Assembly: GCF_028641065.1 (NCBI RefSeq)
Contig: NC_073393.1
Location: forward strand, 16,058,001 to 16,122,000
DNA length: 64,000 nt
From: Leucoraja erinacea
Lineage: Eukaryota
Reading direction: 5' to 3'
Shown: one piece after another, positions 1 to 13,399 of the stretch
Numbering within the stretch: position 1 is the stretch's first letter
Layout of the letters: each line of letters opens with the position of its first letter
Program-made: the position numbers and the translations under genes
Notes under the pieces: generated by a model
What the model was told of the DNA's origin: nothing
What the model saw: the letters and a program-made list of their open reading frames with translations, nothing else
Database searches by the model: none

Positions 1-312
1 GGAAGATTCAAAGAAGGGGACATTACTTGAGAATTAAGGGACAGAAGTTTATGGGTAACATGAGGGGGAACTTCTTTACTCAGAGAGTGGTGGCTGTGTG
101 GAATGAGCTTCCAGTGAAGGTGGTGGAGGCAGGTTCGTTTTTATCATTTAAAAATAAATTGGATAGTTATATGGATGGGAAAGGAATGGAGGGTTATGGT
201 CTGAGCACAGGTGTATGGGACTAGGGGAGAATACGTGTTCAGCCTGGACTAGAAGGGTCGAGATGGCCTGTTTCTGTGCTGTAATTGTTATATGGTTATA
301 TGGTTATATATA
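1..312 (+). mobile_element. CR1 LINE 3' end
   Basis: FFTQRVVAVWNELP C-terminus and a (GTTATATG)n tail; same family as 39955-40597 and 45668-46120. Confidence 0.9.
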
Positions 313-446
313 GACAGTTTATTTTTCTACTCTCGTAGTTTATTTCATGCCACATTTGAAGTTTATGCCAGTTTTGCATTTATATATCTTTCTGGAAGAA
401 AGGGACTGAAAAAATATACAAATTCAAATGGATGCAAACTAATAGA

Positions 447-815
447 TTACAAAATTCTTAAGAGGTTGGACAGGCTAGATGCAGGAAGATTGTTCCCGAT
501 GTTGGGGAAATCCAGAACAAGAGGTCACAGTTTATGGATAAGGGGGAAATCTTTTAGGACCGAGATGAGAAAAACATTTTTCACACAGAGTGGTGAATCT
601 CTGGAATTCTCTGCCACAGAAGGTATTTGAGGCCAGTTCATTGGCTATATTTAAGAGGGAGTTAGATGTGGCCATTGTGGCTAAAGGGATCAGGGGGTAT
701 GGAGAGAAGGCAGGTACAGGATACTGAGTTGGATGATCAGTCATGATCATATTGAATGGCAGTGCAGGCTCGAAGGGTCGAATGGCCTACTCCTGCACCT
801 ATTTTCTATGTTTCT
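447..815 (+). mobile_element. CR1 LINE 3' end (second family)
   Basis: YKILK.LDRLDAGRLFP..SRTRGHSL and a TTTCTATG tail. Confidence 0.9.
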
Positions 816-1351
816 AATAGTTACCAGTATCTTTATATCAGATCTAATTTCGCATATTCATAAAAAAATTAATTGACAACGATTTGTCCGGAAATAACTT
901 GTCCAATATATATTTTGAGCAGTGGATTAAGTTTACAACCTTTGCTTCCTTTGTGAAATATTCTGCACTAATTAATTTGGATTCAACATTTGTGGTTATC
1001 AGGCAGCGGGTTGCAGACATCGGAGTCATGATGACTTAACTCATCAGCCTCAGGCATGCTGAGGTTATGGAATGATGGGAGAGCGCAATATTCAGGTGCT
1101 GGAGGCACCGCCCAGATGGAAGAAGGACATGATGCTGAATTGCAGAACGGATTGACAAAGTCTGTAGTACTTCGATGAAGCCACAAGGTGGAGCACGCCC
1201 CTCACGCAGTGTAAAGAGGCTCTCTATGGCAGATGGAAGCGATTTTCTTTCTGATGAAGGATACAGAGGAGCTGGACATCAATTCGGAATTGGGATCTGG
1301 CCTTTCAACAACAACACCAGGATGCATATTTTTATTCAGGTCTTTGTAAAA

Positions 1352-1458
1352 TCAGGACTCGTCTCCCTGAACAAAGCTGGAATTACTCGGCCAAATGCAG
1401 CTTTTAAGACTGAGACGGTGGTCCGGTTTTGAGTAAATAGTGCAATTTTCAGTTAAAT
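1352..1458 (-). CDS. Gene A last coding exon (DLTENCTIYSKPDHRLSLKSCIWPSNSSFVQGDES*)
   Basis: Pyrimidine tract followed by aacag acceptor; degenerate tyrosine motif TIYSKP; AATAAA on the minus strand at 1336-1331. Confidence 0.55.
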
Positions 1459-4400
1459 CTGTTAAAGAAACAAAACATTTAAAGTTTATATCAACTGAAT
1501 TATTGTGATAAGGCCCCTAGCGTTCTTACCCGTTTCTATCACATACCCGGAGGTCTTTCCATGTTCCTCTCTGTTCATTGTTTGCTCTGATGTCTCGACC
1601 AATCGGTCAACCTTTACCACGGAGCCTAGATAGGAAGACAAACTAATTGGGTACTATAGTGCAGATTTGGCGATCGTGAGTTATTTTGAATGTTGACATA
1701 TTTTCTTACACCACTCTTATTATGAGCCGACAACACTTCTAACGGGCGCCGATTCCCTATTGCCCAATTTGTGCACCCGACTAAAATCGATTTGTCGCCT
1801 TTGTCTCCAGATGGGTTCGAGGTCAAGGCGAGAGAGTCACCACTAAATGATACTTTGAATAATTATCTGAACATCAGTTTTGAAGACATTCCCAACGCTT
1901 CATCGGACAGGGATCAGCCGCGGCTGGGCTCCATCCTTCAGAAGCAAAAACAATGGGATGGGGACCAATTCGGGCAGATGCAGAAATCACAACATTCAGC
2001 GGAGTCCCGACTGACCACAAAAATGAAAGAAGGAACGGCAATAGTGCCGACAACTTTTAAATCAAAGGATTGGGAAATAATCAATTTATCCAACATGCAT
2101 TGGCCCAAGATAAACAATTGCACAAAGCTGTAACTTGAGGAAGGAAACCGCTCCAAGTGGCGACATCTAAATTACAACCGCTCTCATCTTCCAATTCTGC
2201 ATGTGGCGTTTCATCATTGGAACAATTATTTTATAACAGTTCGATTAGAAGACGGTATTGTATTCCTTGATATTAACGATGATTAACAATTTATTTTTCT
2301 AAGCTCTTTCAATGCCCTCTTTTGATTTTGGATTTTTACAAGTGAATTTGGAACACTGGTGATAGCGGAGACTTGACGGTATTGTTGTCCTCTGTGAGTC
2401 TGGGGATGGAGAACTGATATAATTCTGTACCGTTTGGGGATCACGGTCTTGTTATTAACAATGTGGCCAAATAGCATCAATTCACGTAGCGTCATTTGAT
2501 TCTCCGCAGCACCATTTTACAGGGAATTTGAAGATGAACTCTACAATGAAGCTTCATTCACCTTTGGCAGAGCTTGATCCAAAAACAATTCTCAAGGTAG
2601 CCAACACCAGTAGAATGATTAATGTACCTCCTACATTGCGAAGGACAAGGACAACGCTGGCCGAACCTGCAGACGTAAAAAGTAATTGAGCAATAAGACA
2701 ATTATCACAAGTGAATGAACAAACTATAGAATTGTATTTGTGTAAAGAGCTTTATCAAGTGTCACTGTACTACAAAAAATATCCAAATAAAATAGCAATA
2801 TTAGGCAAATGGACACTGTACAAAATAAACGGGAGATCTTGCTTCCAATATGAACAATATTGTTATTGCATTATATGTCAACGAGTGATACATTTCCAAG
2901 TCAAGCTAGTGTGCAATTTGGAAGGCAGCCTGCAGGCCGCGGTGTTCACATGCACCTGCTGCCCTTGTCCTTGTTGGTGATCCAACCTGTCCAGAAATCT
3001 ATAAATGTCAATCCTCACTTTTCAAACATCTGCAACGCGTCGAGGTAGGGAATTACAAAGATTCACTCATCTGTGAGAAGAGTCATACAGTCACAGAATG
3101 ATACAGTGTGGAAACAGGCCCTTCGGCCCAACTCGCCTACACCGGCCAACAATGTCCCTGCTAACCTAGTCCCACTTGCCTGTGCTTGGTCCATAACCCT
3201 CCAAACCTTTCCTATCCATGTACCTGTCCAACTGTTTCTTAAACGATGGGATAGTCCCAGCCTCAACCACCTCCTCTGGCAGCTTGTTCCATACACCCTC
3301 CCACTCTGTGTGAAAATGTTACACCTCGGATTCCTATTAAATCTTTTCCCCTTCACCTTGAACCTACAGTATGTCCTCTGGTCCTCGATTCCCCTACTAT
3401 GGGTAGAATCTGTGCATCTACCCGATCTATTCCCCTCATAATTGTGTACACTTCTATAAGATCTCCCCTCATCCTCCAACGCTCCATGGAAGAGAGACCC
3501 AGCCTACTTAACGTCTCCCTATAGCTCACACACTCTCTAGCCCTGGCAACATCCTCGTAAATCTTTTCTGAACCATTTCAAGATTGACAATATCTTTCCT
3601 GTAACATGGTGCCCAGAACTGAACACTATATTCTAAATGTGGTCTCACCAACGTCTTATACCACTGCAACATGACCTCCCAACGTCTATACTCAATACTC
3701 TGAATGATGAAGGCCAAAGTGCCAAAAGCCTTTTTGACCACCTGCGATTCGACCTTCAAGGAACCATGCACTTGTACTCCTAGATCCCTCTGCTCTACAC
3801 CACTAGCATTTACTGTTTAGGTCCTGCCCTTGTTCAACTTCCCAACATGCAACACCTCAAACTTCTCTGTATTAAATTCCATCAACCATTCCTCTGCCCA
3901 CCTGGCCAAGCGATCCAGATCCTGCTGCAATCGTTCACAACCATCTTCACTATCTGCAAAACCACTAACTTTTGTATGATCAGCAATCTTGCTAATCTTG
4001 CCCTGTATGTTCTGATCCAAATTATTGATGTAGATGACAAACAGTAACGGGCCCAGCACCGAACCCTGTGGCACACCACTAGTCACTGGCCTCCATTCTG
4101 AGAAGCAACCTTCCACTAACACTCTCTATATTCTTCCATGGAGCTAATTTACTATCCATTCAGCTATCTCTCCTTAGATCCCACGAGATCTAACCTTCCA
4201 AAACAGCCAACCACGCGGCACCTTGTCGAATGCCTTATTAAAATCCATGCACACATCTACAGCTCTGCCCTCATCAACCTTTTTGCCCACGATTTTAAAA
4301 AAATCAATCAGATTGTGATACACGACGTCCCACGTACAAAACCATGCTGACTGTCCCTAATCAGCCCATGCCCATCCAAATGCATGGATAACCTATCCCT

Positions 4401-7400
4401 CAGAATACTCTCCAGTAACTTATCAACTACAAATGTTAAGCTCTCCAGCCTATAGTTCCCAGCATTTTCCCTGCAGTCCTTCTTGAAAAGAGGCACAACA
4501 TTTGCCACCCACCAATCCTCTGGCACCTCTCTTGTATTTAAGGACGACATACATTTCATTCAGGGCCTCCGCAATTTCCTCCATTGTGTCCCGCAATGTC
4601 CTCTGATATATCCGACCAGGCCCCAGAGATTTGACTACCTTCAAACACGACAGTACCTTTAGTACTTCCTCGACAGTACTTCCTCGATGCTCTCATGACA
4701 CTTCCAGTAACTGCTCCAATTTCCTCCATCCTACTGTTTTCTCCTTGGTAAATGCAGAGGAGAAATACTCTTTGAGGGCCTTACCCATCTCCTGTAGCTC
4801 CACACAGAGGTGACCGCTTTTTATTCCTGAGAGGTCCCACTTTCTCTCTGGTTATCCTTTCCCCCCTTATGTTTTTACAAAATCTTTTCGGATTGTCTTT
4901 TATGGTACCCGCCAGAGCTATCTCCTGGACAATTTTTGCCCTTCTGATCTCCTTTTTTAGTTTGCTCCTTATTTCCCAAAACTCCTCCAGCGATGCACTT
5001 ATCCCAACTGCCTTTACCTGTCCCATGCATCCTTTTTGTTTTTGACTAACGTCTCAATTTCCCTCGTCAGCCAAGCTTCTTTACGTTTGCCTGCTTTGCC
5101 TTTCACTCTAACGGAGACGTAGACCCCCTGAGCTTTCTACAGTTTAAAACATCCCACTTGGCCGATGTTCCTTCCCCCTCAAATAACCTGCCCCAGTCAA
5201 GTTGAGCTAGACCTTCTCTCATACCCTCAAAATAGTGAACTATCTCAACATTGCAAAGTCATTTCCCGACTATATATAAAGAACGTGTACCTCTATCCCC
5301 ATCTCATTGATTGTGTCGTTTTGATTATTTTTGTTTGCTAACATCTCTGACAGCCTTGAAGGTTTAACCACGTCACAGACACTATAAATATTGAAGATGC
5401 AGATATAATTTAGAAAACAGATGAGAGCATATGATACGCCAGTATGCCCGAACTCCCGCGGTGAATAAACACGGTCAACATTCAGCCCGTCTAGTCGTGT
5501 TTGAGCTGTATCCATCAATATTTCTAAATCGGATCGGAGGTCTCCCTCTGTTCCCAGCTCTGTTTGCCAGTCTTACCTGGCTTGACGGTGTAGTCGACTC
5601 TGGCCGGGACCGCAAGGGAGACATGTGACACTAGGCAGGTGTAAATATCAACGCGCCAGGTAGGCTTTGTTACTTGGAGAAAGCTGGAAGCCACATGCAA
5701 CCCCTCCATGCTACTGGTGTTCACACGTTCTTCCCCGGTGGAAATTGTTACACCATTTCTTTGCCAGGATATTTTGACTTCCTTCGGGAAAAAGGCAGCC
5801 GTTTTACACACAAGTCTGGGCGGCGAACTGCCATTAACTTGGCTAATGCTCAGGGGAGTTGGCGGAGCTGTAACAGAAGAAAAAATATGTTGCATATTTT
5901 CTTTCCAATTCAACGATAACATTCTAGTTTGCCTCGTCACACCGCGACCTTGCACTCCCACCATCAGATCGGTTATCAGTACAATCGCGTTTGCACTCAC
6001 TGATTTGTCATTGTTTTAGATTTGACAGTGAAATATATCCAAGCAATACACAAGGAGGTTTGGATGTAGGTAATATGTGGGCTTCTGAACAATCGCCAAT
6101 GTTCTGAAGTGCCAAATCAGTAGCGTGGCGGGGGTGTATCATCGCTGGTAACAACTTTTTATGTTCAGTTCACAAATTACTATTTTTACGAGATTTTGGT
6201 GCAAGGAATGATACGTGTAGAATGGAATATCACAGAGATACGCAGCACAGCACAGAACAGCCCAGATTACCTATTGCGTCATTAAACGTCCATCTCCACG
6301 TATTCATTTTTCATCTCCTGTCAACTTTCCTCTTCACTCCTCACCTCGACCAATCAACCGGGACAATTTACAGAGACTAGTTTTCCTACCAACCTGCAGA
6401 TCTGTGGCATGCGGAATAAACCGGAGCACCGGTGGAATGTCTACGCGTTGAAGGGGAGAAATATATATGGACGCACGCAGGATCTGGGTCGAACTTGGGT
6501 CGCTGAAATTGTGGGCAGCGCTAACCAATGTAGCGCTGTATATATCCAGATGTCACCAATATCAATAATCAAGAGGAAGGCCGTAGTTGCGTAGATGAAA
6601 GCTTGGGCCACACAATTGTTTAATACCTGGGATGGAGGGCTCAAGTGTTACAGCTTTTGGCCCGGGACGTTTCTCCACAACGCGAACTGAGCAATTTGAG
6701 CATGATAGAGTTATACTAATAATTATTAAGAAGGAAATGCAGATGTCTGGAGAAGGATCTCGACCCATTCCTTCTCTCCAGAGATGCTGCCTGTCCCGTT
6801 AAGTTGCTCCAGCTTTTTGTGTCTATTTACTGATAATTAGTATCGCCGTGCAAATATTAGACACTTCTTCAATAATTACAATACGCGAATGGGAAATCCA
6901 AATTAGACTACGTCTCTTCTACAATTTTGCCATTTTCCAAATGTACTCGGTTTGTTGAAGACGTTTGGTCTGAATGAGCTTTCACATATCAGCACAGAGT
7001 GGGTCATTTGTGAACGCTGATCTACCTCCGTCGGATCTACAATCAGTAGCTAGTTAGTAGGAGGCCTCTTGTAAATCGCTGTACGAGTTGATGACTACGA
7101 GTTTAATAAGTTTTAAACATTTTTACATTCCGTTTCTTTAGTAACAGGTTGTTGGATCGGTTTCTTTATTGAACTCGGAGGAGACCTCGATGCTTATTCT
7201 CAGCCTCGGCGAATGCATCATCAGCTAAAACGTAAAATTAATCTGTGGCACGAACACGGATCTATTTAGATAGAATGAATAATTGGGGGGAAACGTGGAG
7301 AGACTGATTCATGTGGGAAACGTGGTTGAGTCATGTAAGAATGTAATTGTAAGGACAGCTCATGCGTTTGCCCCAATGCCGTTAAATCTTACTCGTATTT

Positions 7401-9122
7401 TATAAAGGTTAAGGGTTTAATGAGAATCCTCAGACGGTGATATTCTGTCCCTGGAGTAAGAATCGAGCAAATCAAACCTCTCCACGGTTTATAGGATTCA
7501 TCTGTATAATAACCATGGTGGTTTGATCCGGGGTTTAGCTTCGTTTACAGCCGACGAATAAGAGTAGAATATTTAAGGCCGAGGCCGCTCCGTTGTTCAA
7601 TTCAATGGTGGTTTGTGCGTCAGGTCTCTGTGTCACAAACCCTGTTGTCACATACCCCACGATACCTAATCTAAATGAATATTCTAACATCCCAATCTCG
7701 AGAGATCGATTTATTTTCTTGTTTCCAGACTTTAAGTGATTAAATGATTACAGATTTCGGAGATAATTTGTAAGGTGGCGCGTAAAAAGCGAAAATTATG
7801 TGTGAATCAATATGGACTGTAAACACTATTCTTATGAGATTGTAACCACTATTGGCGTAGAGTGGTGGCGTTTGAATATTGTTTTAAAGAGCCTATCCAG
7901 GATGGAGGTGTTAAAATTATTCCATTGTCTTCGGGAGCAGAAATGGGACATTCCTATCACAACTGAGATTAAAACATCCACGTGGCTTCAACATTTTCCA
8001 TGAAAAACAATTCTAAACAACCTTTTAATCTAAGTCATTTGATGTAAATACATTCAAGCACACCATGGAGGGTAGTAAAGGGTGAATCTGAATCGTGGGC
8101 AATAACGCCAAAGTGGACAGCGCGAATCTGCAGGAGAGCAATGGAAAATCTCTGGAGAAGTACGAAATGAGGAAAAGGACATTTTCTCTCTACACAGATG
8201 CTGACCCACTTACGGATTATTTAAATATATCAGATTTGGAACGGTTTGTTTTTATAGTATAAATCTTATCGAGTTTTTGCCGAGTTATAAAATGTCATGT
8301 TATTCATATCAGCGAGCTTTACTTGTACCCAGGGAAGCTTTAGATTTTTCCCTTTACAGGGCACTTACCGATCACAGTGAGCCTTGAGCCAAGTCCATTT
8401 CTGATAGATTGCTGCTGAACTTTCAATTTACAATAATAAACCCCGGAGTCCGCGATTTTCGCATTCAGGAGAATGAAATACGCACTGCCCTTTCTGGTAG
8501 AAAATTGTTTTCTGCTGTCTGGTTCTATAAATGTCTTCTCGCCCCATCTCCACCAAGAAACAGCAGGAGTAATTTGTTGTATTGAGAATGTGCAGAACAT
8601 GGACGCATTGCCTCCTCTGTGGACGGTCAGGTCTTTAGGGAATTGGTCCACTTTGGTTGAAGTTACTTCGAAGGCTGCCAGAAATAAAACAAGAATACTG
8701 AAAACAGTTGGCCATCCGGACAAGCAAAATGAACAAAGAGTTGAAAAAGTCAAAATAAACTAGAATCGGACATAAACGAATTAAGAAGCACTGTAACTAA
8801 ATTCGTGCTTGGTAACCAACATAGAATATTCTAAGGAGATACAAGGAACTGGTTTACAAAAAAAGACACCGAGTGCTGGAGTAACTCAGCGGCCAAGAGT
8901 CTTCTTTAGATTCTGAAGTAGTTTCGACCCGAAACGTCACCTATCCACGTTCTCCTTAGATGCTGCCTGACCCACGGAATTACTCCAGAACTACATGTCT
9001 TTTTTAAAAATAGAATATTATAAAACATGACATGAGATTCGGAAACCCCACATGTATCTAAACGTACCGTGCCAAACTGTAGCCAGAAGAGTCATGTATC
9101 GAACTGATGCTCCAAACGACAT
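1352..9122 (-). CDS. Gene A model: VJ-C1-TM Ig-superfamily receptor with a TM arginine, about 319 aa, candidate activating receptor (NKp30/SIRP-like)
   Basis: Exons 9122-9068, 8674-8369, 5867-5577, 2666-2562, 1625-1530 and 1458-1352. All introns are GT-AG and phase 1, and the frame is open to TGA at 1354-1352. Confidence 0.8.
1530..1625 (-). CDS. Gene A cytoplasmic exon 1 (GSVVKVDRLVETSEQTMNREEHGKTSGYVIET)
   Basis: tctag|..|gtaaga, 96 nt, phase 1-1, open frame. Confidence 0.6.
2562..2666 (-). CDS. Gene A TM exon GSASVVLVLRNVGGTLIILLVLATLRIVFGSSSAK
   Basis: tgcag|..|gtgaat, 105 nt, phase 1-1; hydrophobic helix with an Arg near its N-terminal end. Confidence 0.8.
3080..5235 (-). mobile_element. 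CR1 LINE, degenerate ORF2 (reverse transcriptase) and 3' UTR
   Basis: ANVVPLFKK, SQHGF, SGVPQGSVLGPLLF, LVRPHLEY motifs, interrupted by frameshifts. Confidence 0.93.
5577..5867 (-). CDS. Gene A Ig C1-set exon
   Basis: tacag|..|gtaaga, 291 nt. LVCKTAAFFP..W..YTCLVSHVSL fits the Ig/MHC C1 signature Y-x-C-x-V-x-H. Confidence 0.92.
8369..8674 (-). CDS. Gene A Ig V-set (VJ-joined) exon
   Basis: ggcag|..|gtaagt, 306 nt. Contains C..WWR..DSGVYYC and a J-like end, NGLGSRLTV. Confidence 0.92.
9068..9122 (-). CDS. Gene A leader exon MSFGASVRYMTLLATVWH
   Basis: 55 nt from ATG to G|gtacgt; same length and homologous position as the leader exon in B, C and D. Confidence 0.8.
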
Positions 9123-9594
9123 TTTGCAAAATGAGGTGGTCGCTTGCTGCAAATGAGGAAGCCTCTTCAAAGATTCGTGTATTTCATGACGCCGGATATC
9201 ATGTGACAGTGCAGTGGGTTTCATATTTAGTTTTATTTTAAGGCATCCCATCTCATCTCCCAGATGAAACATTTATGCTTGATGTAGAATTTTCTCCGAG
9301 ACCTCCCGGGAGCACTAAAGAATCCCGAGAGCAGAAGCTATCACTAATGGAATTATACTAACAAAATGGAGACACGAGGAACTGCAGGTGTTGGGACTGA
9401 ATGAAGGGACCCGAAACGTCCATATTACCGTTGTATTATTCCAGTAGTTTTCTAACACAAACAAAATTCCGTTCTTCCGTGTATTTTACTAGTTTTCTCG
9501 TTCCACGTAAATTATTTTTGTACTGCTCGACGGACCCAACAAGCTATCCAGCACCTATAGAGCAAATGGATACCTCTAATCTGCTGTGTTCCTT

Positions 9595-9890
9595 CAGCAA
9601 AGACCAGAATGCTGGAGGAACTCAGCGGGTCAGGCAGCATCGGCGGAAGGAATGGACAGACGATATTTTAGATCGCGAACCTTGCCCTGTTCGCGAAGGC
9701 CAGCTGGAGCTCTGGGTTGCTAACCATTTGAACGTACCTTTTCCTTCCCATACCGACCTTTCCGTCCTTTCCGTCCCCCACTGCCAGAGTGAGACCAACA
9801 CACAAACTGGAAGACCAGCACTTTACATTTCGCTTGAGTAGCTTACAAACTAATGGTTTGAACATTATACTTTCAAATTTCAGGTACTAC
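9595..9890 (+). mobile_element. Penelope-like element 3' fragment
   Basis: VANHLN.P.PSHTDLSVL..HCQSE, a segment shared with 22380-22460 and 16750-16850. Confidence 0.65.
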
Positions 9891-9904
9891 GATACGATAC
9901 AATG

Positions 9905-12056
9905 TGTGTGAAGGAGCTGCATCTGTTGGTACTGGACCCCAAGAAAGTGAGTTTGTGGAGTGCCTCCGAGATGGATTCTTAGAGCAGCTTGTACTGGAAC
10001 CTACCAGGGAGAAGGCAATTTTGGATTTAGTGTTGTGTAATAAACCGCATTTGATAAAGGGAACTCGATGTCAAGGAGCCATTAGGAGGTGGTGACCATA
10101 ATCTGATAAATTCTAATCTACAATTTGAGAGGGAGAAGGATAAATCGGAGGTGTCAGTATTACAGTTGAACAAAGGGGATTATGAAGCGATGAGGGAAGA
10201 GCTGGCCAAAGTTGACTGGAAAGATACCCTAGCAGGGATGGCAATGGATTCAACAATGGCAGGTATTTCTTGGAATAATACTGAAGGTTCAGGATCAGTT
10301 CATTCCAAAGAGCAAGAAAGATTCCAAGGGGAGTAAGGGGCGACCGTGGCTGAGAAGGGAAGTCAGGGACAATATAAAAATAAAAGAGAAGACATATAAA
10401 ATAGCATAGATGAACAGGAAGCCAGAAGATTGGGAAACGTTTAAATAGCAACAGAAGATAACTAAAAAGGCAATACGGGGAGAAAAGATGAGGTACGAAG
10501 GTAAGCTGGCCCAGAATATAAAGGAGGATATTAAAAGCTTATTTAGGTATGTGAAGAGGAAAAAAAAGTTGGGATCAAAGTTGGACCATTGAAGACTGAG
10601 AAAGGTGAATTTTTATGGGGAACAAGGAAATTACAGACGAGTTGAACAGGTACTTTGGATCCATCTTCACTAAGGAGGACACAAACAATCTCCCTGATGT
10701 ACCAGTGGGCATAAGATCTAGGGTGACGGAGCAACTGAAGGAAATGCACACTAGGCAGGAAATGGTGTTGGGTAGACTGATGGGACTGAAGACTGATAAA
10801 TCCCCAGGGCCCGATGACCTGCATCCCAGGGTACTTAAGGAGGTGGCTCTGGAAATCATGGACGCATTGGTGATTATTTTCCAATGTTCTGTAGAATCAG
10901 GATCAGTTCCTGTGGATTGGAGGGTAGCTAATGTTATCCCACTGTTTAAGAAAGGCGGGAGAGAGAAAGCAGGGATTTATAGACCAGTTAGCCTGACATC
11001 GGTGGTGGGGAAGATGCTGGAATTAATTATAAAAGATGAAATAGCCACACCTAACGTATTCAAATACGGACATGAAATTAAGTGCTGACAGGTCTTCGTG
11101 TGTTTTATACGTTTTGCTCTCTTGCATGTGAAGATAATGTATCAGTTTCAATGTATTACCTGACATATTGCAGAGAAGCGCCAAAAGTCGGGCATTATAA
11201 CATCATCTGACACAAAGCTGGGGGGCAGTGTTAGCTGTGAGGAGGATGCTAGAAGGCTGCAAGGTGACTTAGATAGGCTGGGTGAGTGGGCAAATGCATG
11301 GCAGATGCAGTATAATGTGGATAAATGTGAGGTTATCCACTTTCGTGGCAAAAACAGGAAAGTAGACTATTATCCGAATGGCGGCCGACTAGGAAAAGGG
11401 GAGATGCAACGAGACCTGGGTGTCATGGTACACCAGTCATTGAAAGTAGGCATGCACGTGCAATAGGCAGTGAAGAAAGCAAATGGTATGTTAGCATTCA
11501 TAGCAAAAGGATTTGAGTATAGGAGCATGGAGGTTCTACTGCAGTTGTACAGGGTCTTGGGGAGACCACACCTGGAGTATTGCGTACAGTTTTGGTCTCC
11601 TAATCTGAGGAAAGACATTCTTGCCGTAGAAGGAGTACAGAGACGGTTCACCAGACTGATCCCTGGGATGGCAGGACTTTCATATGAAGAAAGACTGGAT
11701 AGACTCGGCTTGTACACGCTAGAATTTAGAAGATTGGGGGGAATCTTATAGAAACGTATAGAAGTCCAGAACTAGAGGTCACAGTTTAAGGATAAGAGGG
11801 AAGTCTTTTAGGACCGAGATGAGAAAATCATGTTTTACACAGAGAGTGGTAAATCTGTGGAATTATCTGCCGAAGGTAGTTGAGGCCAGTTCATTGGCTA
11901 TATGTAAGAGGGAGTTAGATGTGGCCCTTGTGGCTAAAGGGATCAGGGGGTATGGAGAGAAGGCAGGGATGGGATACTGAGTTGGATGATCAGCCATGAT
12001 CATATCGAAGGGCCGAATGACCTACTCCTGCACCTATTTTCTATGTTTCTATGTTT
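9905..12056 (+). mobile_element. CR1 LINE ORF2 and 3' UTR with an internal deletion (about 160 bp of unrelated sequence at about 11046-11204)
   Basis: PTREKAILDLVL, KSPGPDDLHPRVLKE, YRPVSLTS and RPHLEYCVQFWSP motifs; TTTCTATG tail. Confidence 0.93.
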
Positions 12057-12349
12057 CCATCTCTTTCAGATGAAAATAGTCGACTTTTTTTTCCAGGGCC
12101 CCATGATGTATCCGATTATGTTTGAAGGTCAGGTTGAACAAAATTGTTTTCCTGACATCGATTTTACAACAACTAGTCAGGGAAAGTATAAATGGTCCAA
12201 TAGTCGACACTGTCAGGGACAGATTAACACGTTTAAAAATGAATATCATTTGATATTGTGAAAATTGATTCCCTTATTTTTTCTTTCCAGAGTACAGAAA
12301 GGAGTTCGTGAAACCTTATGGAGCGCATAGAAAAAAGACTAAGCACCTT

Positions 12350-13190
12350 GTCGCCTGATGCCAAGACAACAACTTCCACCCCAATGTCAGCAAGTCAAGG
12401 GGCATTGCGATTTAATTCTGGAAGCAAAACAGTGCACACACTCATTATACGTTGATGGCGTCGAAATAGAGATGGTTGAAAGTTTCAAGTTTCTAGGAAT
12501 AAATATCACCTGCAATTTGTCCCGGGCCACATACAACGAAGGTATGGGGAAGAAAGTGCACCAATACCTCTACTTGCTTGGAAAGCCGATGAAGTTCGGT
12601 TTGTCCCCAGCAACCCTCAACAACCTGTAAACATGTGCTCCAGAAAGCATGTTTTAGCATGCATCACCTACTGCTTTAAAAACAGCTCCACCCAAGGTCA
12701 CAAGGAATTGCAGAGAGTTGTGGATGTAGACCAAACCATCAGACAAACCAACATCCCTCCCGTTGACTCCACACACACTTCACATCACCTTAGCAAGATC
12801 ACCAGCATAATCAAGGACCAGTCTCACTCTGGTCATTCCATCTTCTCCCCTCTTCCACCAGGCAAGAGGTACAGATGTGTGAAAAGGGATATCCCCAGAT
12901 TCAGGGATAATATTCCCAGCTGTTATCGGTCAACTGACGATACTCTCATCAGCTGGAGAGCGGTCCTGGTCCTAACCGCTCGTCTACCTCATTGGATACC
13001 TTTGAACTATTTTAAATCGGACTTTATCAGCTTTATCTTGTACTAAATGAGGTGCGTATCCTTTATCTGTGCTCTGTGGATGGCTTGATTGTATTCATGT
13101 ATCGTCCTTTCCTTGACTGGATCGCATACAATTAAAAGAGTTTCTTTGTACCTCGGAACAAGTGGCAATATTACACTAAACTAAACTGAA
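12350..13190 (+). mobile_element. Rex1/Babar (L2/CR1-group) LINE 3' portion
   Basis: VDGVEIEMVESFKFLGINIT, LQRVV, HSIFSPLPPGKRYR and a CTAAA tail. Confidence 0.75.
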
Positions 13191-13399
13191 TAACTCGCGT
13201 GGTAACTTTTTCACAAAAAGGGTGGCGGGTGTATGGGGCGAGCTGCCGGAGGAGGTACTCGATGCAGGTAATATCGCGCCATTCAAGAAACATTTAGACA
13301 GGTACATTGATATGATAGGTGTAATGGGATATGGGCCAAACACAGGCTGGTAGGATTAGTGTAGATGAGACATGTTGGTCGGTGTTGGCAATTTCCGTT

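Noticed and set aside
8373-8379. CACAGTG (RSS heptamer) at the 3' end of the gene A V exon
   Set aside because: It arises from the Leu-Thr-Val codons of the J-like strand, I saw no properly spaced nonamer, and it is not conserved in B-D. No evidence of V(D)J recombination.
5577-8674. Calling the genes Ig light chains or TCR chains
   Set aside because: There are no separate V and J segments, the J-like motif lacks the F/W of FGxG, and TM exons followed by long ITIM tails are not features of IgL or TCR.
8340-8753. ORF-track V ORFs with hydrophobic N-termini resembling signal peptides (also 29114-29527, 43183-43554, 56026-56391)
   Set aside because: These N-termini are translated polypyrimidine tracts; true 55-nt leader exons lie 200-400 bp upstream.
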